From NCBI RefSeq assembly GCF_001949145.1, contig NW_019091362.1, forward strand, positions 2,840,204-2,904,203: a stretch of DNA of 64,000 nucleotides, given 5' to 3'. The stretch comes from Acanthaster planci (taxonomy: Eukaryota). The position numbers were made by a program, and so were the translations under genes. Shown piece by piece: positions 1-13,700 of the stretch; the first letter of the stretch is position 1; every line of letters starts with the position of its first letter. Below the pieces are notes generated by a model, which did no database searches, had not been told where the DNA came from, and saw only the letters and a program-made list of their open reading frames with translations.

Positions 1-3000
1 TTCAGATGAAAAACCAGATAAAACAGTGACCATTTCACCTTTTACAGGTACATGTAGCAATAACGGTAACTGAGATGAAAGTATAACAATGGTTTCAGAA
101 TCAGAGACCAATCATAATCGGTGATAAGGATGATTTGTAATCCTACTTGTTTGTCTCCATCTCCAATGTGGAATTTGGTTAGACAGTTTCAGACAGTTTC
201 ATGAATCTCTCAAACTCTACCCGAACCATTTAGCCTTCAATGCAAAGAAAGCATTTGCTAGGCTGTAGAGGACTCAAAATAGATTCCCACAACTACGCGT
301 ATGTAATTAGTCAAAACATGCAACTTTGCAGGCAAACAAAAAACCCGCAGGCTGACATGTACATGTAGTATATTGTAAGTGAATAATGGTGCACGATGTC
401 AGCATTACCAAGTACGCATCAAATTACACAGCGATACATATTTACAAAATACTTTCATAAACTTGTCAACTGTGACAACAACCTGCCTAAATTGTCCTTG
501 AAGCTTTCCAGTGATCTGACATCGATGTAAGACTGCACGCAAAGTCCCAATTTCTATTTATCTCAAGAGAGGCAAAGTTCCAACACCGGACAGAGCATTA
601 AGTTACTCCTTCCTTTCCTTTATCAGATGCTATGCTGTGTCCACCGAAAAAAACAGGATGGTGTTTTTCAAGAGTTAATGTTTATTTACCCGCTAATTCA
701 GACCAGGTAGCTCACAATCAGATCCCACCTACGTGCTCCATTTGTCAATTAGCATACGGTGTTCGATATACAAGAACCGACACAACCATCAGACTTCGGT
801 TAAAAAAGGCAGTTTGGTATTTCCACTAACCCGCAATTCCAAAAGATTGCATCACGCGATAGCTTTCAAGCCAAAGCGGACCATCTGTGAATATTTGGTG
901 GGCTCTAACTTCAGCCCAAACAGGCATCTTACACTGACAGGGACTGAGAAACCAGCCCAGTTGGGCTACCATGGGCTTATCTGATTGATAAAAAAAAAAT
1001 GCAGGACCAGAGTATTTACCATTCCGGGGTTACGGCAGCAGTATAAAGTGATATTTGCTCATGAAATTGTTTGCAGTTGTCAGCCGGTGTGCACGACTAA
1101 AAAGGACACACGACCTTTGCTCAATTAACAGCCCCATCTAGGAAAGCTCATCAGTAAGCACCAATAAATGGTGAGAGACGAAATAACCAAAACGGCTCTT
1201 GTAACAGAGTGGAGGATAATAACAAAAAAAAGGGGATGAAATTGATTCATCAGACATTGGAAAATTTGTATAGGAGGGCAGAAACATTCGTCTTCTCTCC
1301 TTCATTTGGAAAAACAGCTCTATGGGTACTGGAAACGCTGGAGAGCTGTGTTAGTTCCATATACCATCATTACGCCGGTGAGTTTCAGATGGAAGGGTGA
1401 AAATACCTCCCAGACGGAGAGATATTGATGAGCGGCATCATAGAAGATCCATCATCTGGGATGATGTTCTCATGCAGCTTGCCAAACCAACGACAGAAAC
1501 AACCCTAGAGAATGAGAGTGGGGGGTATGCTTGTCTAGATGCTGCAGAAAATCAATGCCATGATTAAAAATGTTCACTCATAGGGTAGATACATTCAGAC
1601 GGGGCAGGCCCTAAAAGGAACTCGCTCGATAGTGCTGGCAAATTTTTCTTTTTGCCGTTGTCATTTCTAACAAACATCCAAACATCTACGGGTAAATCTG
1701 GATCCAGGGTGTGTATGATTTTGAGGGATGAAAAACTACACAACTGAGCAATTAGGACTTTGAATGTCCCAAATTAATTCGAGAAGAAAAGAAAAAATCT
1801 GTACTTCTGGTTAACTTTCTTGCGATGATTCTTAACATGCAGATAAGCACTAAAATGTAGTCGACTCCAAACAAACACATTGCTACTACATTATTAAATG
1901 CTGGAAGTGACTTCAGAAAACTTCCACAATTAAAGACAGCCACATTTTGGTATACTGTGGGCCTTCTTCGGGACATGTTCTTTGACATCTTGTGCCTTGC
2001 ATTGTGATTCCTTTTAGTGAAGTCCCTCGAGGGGAAAAAAACAGTCTCTAATTCTGGAAGCATGACTCCATCTGGTCTAAAGGATGGCATCATCTTCAGC
2101 TAAGAGCCAATCTTTCCATGAAAGATTAGCAAGAGCTAAAAAACAAAAATAAAATAAGGAGATAAGAGAAAGACACAGTCATGCTGTTGTGAGAATTAGC
2201 CTCCATTTACAAGAAGTCATTACCTGAACGCACTATCACTGTGCCACAAGCAGCAGGTGGCAGATCTCATTTTGTCATTAGCCAAGCACAGGGTGGTAGA
2301 TGGGACAGGCAAATTGAGTTCCTACCATAAAAATGGCAAGAAAAAAATTGACGAGAAATTTTTCCTCTCCGGCTTATGAAAAAAACGTGAAGGGCTTTAC
2401 CCAATAACCCATCTACAAAATTGCCCATCTGTGTGGGCAAAATGTTGAGCAGATCCCTCAGCACAAAAGTAATTAGTGCAAACATTGGCTCCAATGGGAT
2501 AGAGATATTGGGGCTCAGGCCAGACAATTGGAAATCCTTTTATGTCTGCCTCTATTCTGGCCAGGCCCTTGTATGCTGTTATGTAACGCAACTTTTTTGG
2601 GTGGAAGAGTGAACAATCCCAACCTCACTAATAGCAGCTGAATATAACTGGCTGATAAGCCTGTCAGCTTTAGGGATCTGTAGGATGGCACTCCTTCTTC
2701 TAATAGAAACTTCTTGAAGGACCTACATCTGGCAGTTTCCAAGGTATGATATCTTCTGAAACAAGCAGATCCAAGATCTGAAAACAGAAACATGTGTTCC
2801 CCAGCCAGTCCAGCAAAATTAAAACAGAATTCATCTTCTTTAGGTCTGAGAGTTTGCCTGGTAGGTCGCCTAAAATTTTGCTCGGTCATAAACACAGTTG
2901 GTACTCAAATGCGACATCAATGTAACAGACTGTGTATTACTCCGCTTTAATTAATTAATTATGGGTCACTTTTTTGCTGGGAAGCTGTCCTAAATGTCCG

Positions 3001-6000
3001 AAATCCTTCACTTTCTTCCAACTGTAAGCTTCAGTGGGCGTCAAGCCGCAAGGAATGTATTTAAGGCTGAGCTCTGCCTTCCTCGATCCTGCAAAATCTT
3101 CCCAACCCTCCTGACAGATTTGGAAGCATCCGAAAGGTCAGGTTAAAAATACTGAAGTCTGTGTAGCTACATGTATGTACTATGCCATCCAAAACCGCAT
3201 GCGCATACAAGAACCCTATCACATGTATGCCAAACTGTGCAAAAATGAAAACACTTGGGCAAGATTTCCAGTAGTTTTGTCAACAGTTTCCACCTTTCAC
3301 AGGGGAAAAAGTCTTTCCTTTCACTAATGGTAAAGTCTATGTTCATGTACTTGTGGTAGTCTGAAGGGATATCATGACTGATGGTACAGATGACTTATAA
3401 AGAGGGACTGGGAGATAAGCGGGTCTGTGTGTGGTAAAACTCCAACATACATGTATGTGGCAATGGGGAGAAAGGGCTCCATTTTATGGCTTGAAAGGGC
3501 GCTTTCCTTTCAGCTAGAAGCGGTGCTCTCCGAATGCTTCCAATTATTGCAATCTGAATGCTACAAGTCCTGTAGTCATGTCTGGGAAAAAGGAATGTGA
3601 TAACCAGTGAGAGTTGTGATTATTCCCAAAGCTAATTACAGGCTCTTCAAATACTAAAATCAAAATACAAAGTAAAGTTCTGATTGTCAGGAAAACTCTT
3701 TGGCACATATTCTTTCACTTTTAGCTCCTGTTGAAGTTACTTTTCATGCTTTTTCCCCATCTTTTTTCCTTTGGCTGGTCTGTTCTGTCTAGTCATAATG
3801 TAATTCCCAAAGCTCTGAACCATGGATAAGTGGCCGCAGTTTCTCCCATTGTGCGGCAGGGTCTGGGGACAAGAATTTTCCCCATTTTCTCGAAAGGTCC
3901 AAATTGCTGCCGAGTGAATCACAGCTAATTGCTGAGTGCCGTCCTTGGTCTCCACAAAAAAGAAAGAAAGCAAAAAAGAGAGAAACTTTTTTTCTTGTTT
4001 AAGAGGTTTTTAAGTAGCCCATACAGGGCTTGGGGGCAGCTTAAGAACTCTCTTCAAGAAAAAACCACCAACCAGAGAGAAATGTGTGAAGGCCAGCCTG
4101 AAAATTATTGCATGATTATTTTCCCGGATGAAGCAAGAGTTTAACAGACACACATAATCACATATTTGGCAAATTGAGCACGATGTACTGAACTACAACT
4201 TGGAAGATGGGCAAATTCATGGTATGTCATCAAAATGAGCTGAAATGTGGCTGAGTGCTAAATTGTATTTTCACCAGCATCCAAACACCGTGCAAAGCCA
4301 TTAGTGACTCCAGCTTCAATTTCCACACAGCTGCCAGACTAAAAATGTTTTGCGGTTTGACATCATGCCCCTCTGGCACTGACCAGAGCATTGTACACCA
4401 ATAAAAATGCCAGAATCCATGGTTTCTGTGAGAACTTTTTGCTACAAGGTAACCTGTAAGTTGCTCAATAATTTGTGTCTTTATGCTCTGTGGATAAATA
4501 ATCCCCTCTTTTGTATTTTGAACAAGTAGCTGGTATATTTATTGAAAGACGACAAGTATATTCCATGACTGTTTGGGGCTGTTTCAGTGGGTGTCTGCCT
4601 TTGCAGACAATCATCTTATTCAAACCCAAGAAATTTCCACTTTTTTGTTTTGAATCTCCTGAATGAATGGTTAATTTGATTCATGAGCTTTTTTAAAATC
4701 CTAACTACATATATGCTTTGAAATTGCCCTTTGTACACGTGAATACACTATATATTGTATCTTAACTTGTAAAAAATTGTTAATGAAATTAATTCAAAGT
4801 ACTGATGTTGAACAAAAACAGTAAGGCATTTCTCTCATGAAAAAAAAAGAATTTCCAATACTCCGTGGATTTTAATTGATTGGTCACAAATCTGTACAAA
4901 AAGCAATTTCCAGACAAGAGGAGAAGAAATTAAGTAGTATGACGTTGTTGATTCTCATCAGACGTAATTTGAGAGGGCGGGAGGGATCTTTACAAACTTC
5001 AAAACCTGTCCCCAAAATTGAAAATATAGATCCAACCACTTGCCCAGCCACATCAATTATCAATGAGCTTAAAGTGAGCGTCACAAAGGCAGGTAAGGCC
5101 TAAAGACCAATTAGTCTAGCCCCGACCTGTATCGATCTTGTCTGACCAGCTATTGTCATCGATATGACGAGACGAGCTCCTTGTGTTCAGAAGACTTCTT
5201 CACATGTACGGCTTATGAAAAAAAAAAAAAGAAGAAGAAAAAAAGGGGGAGGGGGAATACTAAGGAATGTTTCTGTAGCCAGCACAGCATGCAGCATCAG
5301 CAGAAAAGAGGGGAAAAATTGCGTCACAGGAGTTGCATTTTGAAGGAAAAGGGGCTCACGTTAAGTCAACACGGATTTCAAATGAATTCAGCTCATGAGC
5401 GAGGCTCAAATTTCCTGGGTCCTTCCAGGCTTGTGTTTCAGTTCTGAATTGCCCTCTGCTAGCTCTGGCCACAAGCTGTTTCCAAGCTTCATTCATGTCT
5501 CAGTGAGCTTTTGAGAATGTAACGAAAATAAAACCCCTCTGGAAAATGGAATGAAGAGCAGAATTCATAACTGCATGTGGAATATGAGAAACATGAATCA
5601 ACATGCACTGCATTTCCCAATCAAAACATCCAAAAACTTCCATGAAATTTGTATCAAATTTGAGAAAGATTAATTCTTAAAAAATCATTTAGATAAAAGC
5701 ATTTTCAATTACGTATTTGGATTCATTCCATCTTCATTTATCTTCACAATCTTCTATCATCTAAACAGTTGGATAATTAGTACCAATAACAATTTATGTA
5801 CCTTGATAAGAAATGTAAATTATTTTAAAACAAAATTTAATATGTCAGCAAGGACCTCAGAGTATTACTACCGATGGAAAAGCATATTTAAGAAACTGTC
5901 CAGAAGACATGTTCGGAACTGCATCACAACAGCTTTCCAAAACGAGGTATTTAAAGCACTGACCAATCAGGGACTATCCAAATTGACTTAACCTGTACTC

Positions 6001-6002
6001 AC

Positions 6003-6039
6003 CAAACCACCTACTGCTTGATGAGGGCATGTTCCACAT
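6003..6039 (-). CDS. Candidate alternative first coding exon: MWNMPSSSSRWF plus 1 nt (phase 1)
   Basis: Start context GCCATCATG, 37 nt (12 codons + 1), consensus donor TTG|GTGAGT (6002-5997), preceded by a GC-elevated leader-like stretch (about 6040-6540). Confidence 0.45.
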
Positions 6040-9000
6040 GATGGCAGCAGAGTTGTGTGTTCAATGCAGCGTTTGGTTGAACTAGTCAGCGGCTACGACG
6101 ATTCATAATCTATTACTGAAACACTCGTAAAATGCCTCCCCAAGGCTGGCAGACATGCAGAAATCCTGGCCATTGTTTGTGATGACGAACAAGATGAATT
6201 GGTCATGGGGGTTGGGGAAGATGCACAGCGAATGTAGGGGAACAGTAGTCTCCACAAGCAATTTACGTCTTCGCTTAATCTCGCCAGGCTGGCACATGCA
6301 TGTGCGCTGTCATGTAATCCAACAATTTGTGATGGGGTTCTCATCGTCCTGATGAGATTGATTGATGTGAGAGATCAATGTTGTTGTCTTCTTCTCCCGG
6401 ATGTGCTACGTGGGCAGGATCGCTCAAGCTCTCCACCTTTAACCTCTGTTTCCTACTCTCAATTCTGAGGGTGCACCGTGTCAAACAGACCTCACTGCCT
6501 CCACTAAGGTTCCATAAGTAAACCGTCACATAACTTCCCTATCACGACTTTTAACCAGAGTAAGTTTCTCAGGAGGGATGGGAAATCCTTGACAGAGTGC
6601 AAGTAAGCAAACTGCACCAGGAGAACAGCATTACATGTAGTGCTGCTGTGAATTGCATCGAGATGTTTTTCTTACATAGTCAGCCCACTCTCGAAGCAGA
6701 TGTTAAGCCCAAACTTAGCTGAAGGACAGGAAGGTGTAGGTTCAAACAAGTGTAGCCCTTACGTGAGCAAACTCCTTGAGCGGACTATCCCAGTGCCTGT
6801 GTGTGTGTCTCTGAATTGGTGAATTCCATCTGATACTGTAAGTCAACAATGAAATGGCCAACAGCAAGGGCTGCACATAGCCAGGTTACATACAGTCGGC
6901 TGACTTAAAAGACTAGCTTCCCAATAAACTAACCATCTTGCAGTGCAATCTTCAGTTCAATGAACTGCAGATCAGAGACTCTGCTTGACAAGCTTACATT
7001 CTTTCCCAGTCCACCCAACAGAACAAAACAACACATAACTAAATTTGGTATGTAACGACACTTCTGTCCTGAGGCAGGCACCACCAAAACAGGGTCATCA
7101 AAGGGTTTGGGGACCATTCACGGGGACGCCAATTCCCAGGTTTCGCCCAAACAAAACTGAAGAAAGCCACCCTCGGAAAGAGAGGGGAAAAAGATGCTAC
7201 TGTTCTCCACCTGGGAATAATTGATTCCCTCACCTCTTGACAGCTACGCAGAATAACCTCTATTGTCACGAGGTAATCTGGGAGAAAAAAGGGGGGCCGT
7301 TAGGTAACAATTGAATCCAAGCTCCGCCTCCCCCTCCTTTTTATCCCACTCTTATTGGGCTGAACTGTTTGTAAGCTAGTGGGTGGATTATAGCCCGGAC
7401 CAGAATTTTACTTCTTCACTTCAGGGTTGGGCCTCCGATCGATAGCGCGCACCTATCAGGGAACAAAGAGTCCTTGTTTCACATGTTCTCCCAAAGCAGC
7501 ATCTTGAGATTTTAAAAAGTTAAAGGAAAACTCTCTTGGGATCATCACGATGGTTCTGGGCCACCCATCACCCCTCTTGTGGAGTGGAATAACCTGGTCT
7601 TTTGAAAGCAGGAGATAATTGATAATTAATTATCTGGGAGTGAAAGAAGGCGGGAGTGAGGAGGCCCTTTTTAAATAACTTCAGAAATGGCCAGTAAAGT
7701 TAGAAACAGCGTTTCTCAGCAGAAGGTGAAAGCAGCCATGTGGCCAGAAAAATGAGAAATTTAGTTTCTTGCAATGCCAAGCCATGTTATCAATCACTCA
7801 AATGAGTAACCCTGCAAAGAAAATCGAGGGCAAATTAATTTGACAGTAACTTGCAGGCAAACTGCATGTTACAGTTCTTTCTGATTGGATATTTGTAACC
7901 TCTTTTCCAGCTGTTTCAAATTGTATTCAGTTTCCCTCCCTAATATGTAGGTGTTTCCTTCAGTCAAGCACTCTGGTTTGAAGACTAACTATGGACCTGG
8001 TTCCTAAAAAAGGAAGAAATATATTTTTGACATACCTCAGTAGATGGAATTGACATCATGTTGAATATCTGCAGAGCTTTGATTTTTGAGGAAAATTATG
8101 GGGGTACAAACGATGACAGTAACCATACAGCCTCAAATGCATGCATAAAAGAAGACAAAAATAGACGGCAACTACGTCCACACTGGTTAACTAGACTACT
8201 GCTGACTGGTTGATGAAAAAAAATCTATTTAGAAGCCAATCTCTGATTGGTCCAGTGTTGTATTCAACACTGGAGTAGGCTTACTGTTTGGAAATGGCAG
8301 CTTTGGAACAAATACACCATGCACATGTGTGTGTGTCAATTCACAAGTCACATTTGTTCTCTAAAGAAAATAAAAATAACGCGGTGTGACGTAGCAGATG
8401 TACGTTCATAGCAAACAAAAATCTTTTTCAAAACAAAAATGACTCTGGTGTTCACAAAATAATGTTGGAAGGCGGAGATGAAAAATTCTTCACTTCAACA
8501 TCCTTGCACACTGTGCAGTTGATGGTGGTAAGTGATGGCGCCACCATGAGGCCAGCTGCAAATGCTGCTGCAGATGGGGAAAACATCACGGGCACCTATG
8601 AAAGCACTGAAGCCCCTCTTGGAGCAAGAAGATACTGAAGATGCAGCCCCAAAATGTGAAGGTCTCACAGTCTACATCTACGCATACATTTACACGCACA
8701 AAGGCCTATTACTAAAAATTGGACACAACTGTCTTCTAGCCATTAACCTGACGAGTTTGCTTTCCAGCTAATTCAAATGGAGCACAGAACACACTTACAT
8801 TGTCCGGATTTTCTTTTATATCACATTAAATAACTTCAGCAAGTACCACTGACAATACCCAACCACGGTGACGACAATGTCACGCTTGGTTAGTTGACAC
8901 ATGGACATCTCCACAAATTAGAACGATTGCCTTTGTGAGCTCTTGACAACGTCCTGAAAGGGCAGAACGAGACTATGCTTTCTTTTCATCACGAAGGCTC

Positions 9001-10712
9001 ATGTGAATCCCAGTCCATGCATGATGAGCAAATATTTTTTTTTTGGTTGAACGCACTGTCTGCGGCGTCCTTGCACTGTTCAGGCAAACATTTGGCAAGC
9101 CAGCCCGGAGCTGCTCGGGAGTCACTCTTGGTTCACGGCACACGCCTGCACTTGTAGCTTTACACCGTCCAACACGGTCTCCTGCTTCCTGTGCTGGACA
9201 GGCCATGTAATGCAGATCCGTTTGTTCAATGGGCTTGCAGACGGCCTGACAATACTGTGTCAACCTTGTCAGATGTGGAAGCCCCCCGATTCACTGAGGC
9301 AGATGCGATGCCTCGCCTGCTTAGATCAAGTTATCACCACCCTGGTCAGACTGAAAGAAGGAAACGCTGAAAAATTCCATTCTACACGGGTTGAAAGAAT
9401 GAAACAAAGTCAAAAAAGAATAGAGAAAGGTATTTCTTGTCTCTCTGAAATGGTGGAAAATGACTCACAGGATGGATCAAGAAATTAAGAATAGATTTTG
9501 ATAGATTTACTGAAATTGTCTGTACATGTTCATCATGTGAGGCTTATAAGCAAATGTGACAGATGAGAAAATGAAAGTTGCAAAAGAGAAAGAATGGCAC
9601 AGAGAAGTAAATGATGCAACAGGGGTTTTCATGGTAACACTGTCCATTGAACATGCACAATTTAGGCAAATTTATTGGATTACACTCTTGCTTTTCGTGC
9701 TCTAAACCCTCCTGTTGAAGGAGTCTCCATTCAGTGTCGGTGTTTATGATGGAATCAAAACAAGGGGGAAACTTCACTTCAACAATCATGGGATGACAAC
9801 GCAGTAACTGGAATCGGAAGGGGGGAAAATGTCTGGGACTGTAGAATGGAAATCTTTCGTCCATCCTTCAAAAATCTGTCAGGGGTTTAATACATCCTCC
9901 AACTGAGTTCAGTCAGGCAATTTTGACCGGCCACAGACAGGGCGGAATGATTTAGAGGCAAAGGGTGTGAATGTACAGCCAAAAGACTTGATCATCGTCA
10001 TCAGCAGGAATTCAGGACAATTGGGTCGCAATGGTGAAAAGCGTCGCTTTCCAAAGCAACAGAATTACCCTGAAAACCCTGGGCTTTGGCACAGGACAAG
10101 CACGGCAGCGACGACGGACGGAAAGGCAGACAAACAAGAGACAGGCAGTTCGAGATTGATTCGGGAGGAAAAAAATATGGAAGAAGGGGGAAAGGAATTA
10201 AACAAAAAAAATCTAGGCAACTGGAACTCGGAGTAGATAGAAACTGGGACACGACCCAGAATAAAAAATAGGGAGGAATTGATGATGCTTTGGATGTGAG
10301 GAAAGAGGGGAGATCTAGCACGAGTATCTAGACTTGTTTTTCTTTGGTTGAGTTTCTGGAAAAAGTGCACCGGTGCAATATGCAGCAAGAGCAATTGGGC
10401 AATGAAAAAGAAGTCAAAATACTGCAGCATTAAAAAAAATCTAATTTCCAAAAAAGCTCCCCCCCTTTTTGGAAATGAAAGTGATTTGATTCTTTGTTTT
10501 AGGGGAGGAAAGTTACAACTGGTCACATCAACCCAGCTACCACCTGCACTGTACCACAGCCTATCCATCAGAGGTATTTTTTGGGCCTAGTTTGACAAGT
10601 TTAGCTGAACCTCATATGATGATCTAAGAAGATCTGGAAATCAGGTTGGCACACTGGTACTTCCCAAACCTTCATCCTCTATGATCAGGGGTCAAATCCC
10701 ACCCAGGCCGAG

Positions 10713-10741
10713 ATATATATATATATATATATACATATATA
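10713..10741. repeat. (AT)n microsatellite
   Basis: Alternating AT run with one C interruption. Confidence 0.9.
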
Positions 10742-13700
10742 GATTAGGTTGAGTGATATCAACTGTTCTTCCTCCTTTGTCTATAACTGAGTTCAGATTT
10801 GAAAATGTTCACATATTTCTTCATAGTTCAGTACCTCTGATCCGATTTCCTCAAGCCAACAAATCACAACAATCAAGCAGATCAAAAGTTTGATGCTTGA
10901 CCCAACTCACGTGTAGGAAGGGTGTTCTCCTCAATCCAATCCCCTAATAAATAGAACCCAAGACCAAAAAACCCCCCCAAAACTTCATACTCAGTTCTTG
11001 AACAGGTTCAATGGGACCCCAGGGGCTTTCTGCTCAATGCTCTGTCCCAACTCTTAAACATGTACATCAACACCTAGTCCTACATATCAAGGGAAAGGTT
11101 CATAGGGCACCAGAGGTCCTTTAAATGATTTTTTTTCTTCATCCAAAAAAATTTGTACTTGGTATGGCACATAGGAGTACAGATCAGACTACAGGTAGAT
11201 CCAACAGAAAAGAAGCCAACAAAAGACTTCCTTTCTGAAAATCACGTTAACCTCATGGCTAAGTTCCAGTTTCTTCGTAATTAATCATCTTTTTTCATGC
11301 AAACATCGCACAGTTGTCTGCTGTGTCCACTGCATGCCACAAGACCTATGCCACAGAATTTCCTGCACTTGGTATTATTGCTGTGGCTAATCTCCTCACT
11401 CCATAAGAAAAGGTTTTTTTTTAATTTGCTCGCCACAAGCATAGTACGGTGAACTATTGTGAAGCATTGCAGAATGCAAAGTGGGCAGAATTCTCTCAGA
11501 TAAGTAAATTATGCAGTAATTTTGTTTTCATCAACAATCTAGCAACATCATTAAGAATGTCATCGCTGCATCTGAAATATATAAAAACCTGAACCAAAAA
11601 CATAGTACACACTGGGAAGAAAAAGGAAAAAAAAATTGACTTTGTTAGATTTCTACAATAAAACACTGGTTCTCTTCCAAAATTGTGACAGGTTCATTCA
11701 CAGGGTCCGGGCCTAGACCAGCAGAGAATTCCCCCTTTTACAGTCTCTCCAATCCAGGGCAGAGACTAACAAAAGAGTTCAGCGTACTTCTTTCATGGCT
11801 GAGGTAAAAAAAAAAATGTCTGTGGAGTGAGCATGTAGCCACAGGGCTCCCTAATACCCGTGTCTAGATTTTTTCCTTCTCTTCTGCTGTCCCCTTAGGC
11901 TGTGATTATACAGGTCACTTCCAAAGCACTGTACCCTCAATCTGGGTGAATGTGCAGCCAGTCTGTTGAACAGTCACAAGCATACTTGTTTTCTCCCTTC
12001 TCTTTTTAGTACCCGCTGCTGATTTTTTTTTCCGGTCTAAAAGCTCTAGCCAATAACGTTGGGCTTAGATGGCTGTTTCTGTGTTTTTACATTAAATGTG
12101 CCATTCTTTCATTTGATGTGCTCTGAACATGTTTTGCAACGGTGAAGTTTTGCTACCTTTTTTGGCCAAGTGCTGGGCATGTTCCTTTTTTCCCCTCCTG
12201 CTGTACACAGGACGGCATTTGGAGCTGAAATCTGCATTGCAGAAATGGTTATGTTTGATTCCTTTCATGAAAAAAAAAAAGTAAACCTGTGTTGCAGTGG
12301 AAATTGCAAAGATTTGGGAATTTTTTTTTCATAGGTACTAAGACTGAGAAATCAACGTAACATTGTGGAGCCAGGGGAGGGAAAGTAAAATGGCATCCGT
12401 AAAACACTGCAGCTCTTCTGGGTATAAAAGGGCATAACTTCCTTCTCAAATGGCTATCAAGTCAAGGCGGAGGTGCAATCTGAGGGAAATTCACAAACCT
12501 CCAAAGTCCACTCTAATGTTTCCCGACATCCAGAAAAAGCCTGAGAAATCGCCCCCTTCATTTTCATCTTTGTTTTTGATTAACAACACTGATTTTGTTG
12601 AGAAACATTTCTTGTTTTTTTCCAGCAACTGTCATAGTTCTTTACAGACCATTGACTGTAATATCAGTTATGTGTACATGTAGCACATATATACATGTAT
12701 GTATGGGTTGATCTGTTGAGGCAGGTGTAATAAATCATTAGTTGAAAGAGCCAGATGTACAAGTAGTCAGGCTACATCAGCAATCAGAGAAAACAATCTT
12801 TATGCTCTTCTTCAGAGAATGAAAACAATTTGACATCCTTTTGGAGTGATGTGTATAAACATTTTTGAAAACACTTTGAATTTTTTTTAACATTTAACAT
12901 TGTGTATGTTTATTAAACAACAGAGGGCACAGCTGCTGTGATGTCATTCAGGGAAGACGCTTCAAGTTTATATGTGATCAAACTGGGATCCCCAAATCCT
13001 CTCACCGATAACGTTTCTCAGAAAGGGTCACTCACCGGCTTACTGTCATACACTTTACACAACAATCAATCATCAAAGAAATTCCAGCAGTTTTTTGCAA
13101 AGAAATAAATGCAGTATTGAGACTTTCTTCCCCGAGATAACATCGCAGTTTTGCTCATGCATGTGGAACCCTGCATCAGCATCAAATAAAAACGGCATCA
13201 AAGTACCTTTTAAAATAGGAAAGCGAAAATATGAAAGAGGGGTAATTTGAACCAACGAGGTGCATTTCCAAGGGTTGCACTACGACGAAACGTGCACTGT
13301 ATGGACCTTTAAACAACAGACGTGAGTGGCGACAAGCAAGCATGCTGCAGAGTACAATCACTCGCTAAGAACAGAACAAAAGCCAGTTTCCCTCCAGCAT
13401 TTGCAAGATGCATAAAATCGTGGCGTGCGCTGATATGAAAAGTGAATGGCACTGATCCACTGATTACAAGGGAAGTATAACAGTAATGGAGAATCACAGA
13501 TGAGTGTGTTCGCAATTGTGAGGCGGACGGCAGAATTGCATAAATGTTTTAAAAATGAAAAGGGAAGGTAGGCGTGCATAAGTGAGGAGTGTCGCATTCA
13601 TGGAACTGTCTGTTCTTTTTTTCTTCCTGTTCCGAATGTGATCAATTATTGAAATCAACCGACAATCCTCTCTTGATTAATTGAAGCCGCCAAGGCTACA

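Noticed and set aside
8036..8059. MMSIPSTE as a further coding first exon
   Set aside because: Good donor but it exits in phase 0, incompatible with the phase-1 set. Kept only as a possible UTR donor.
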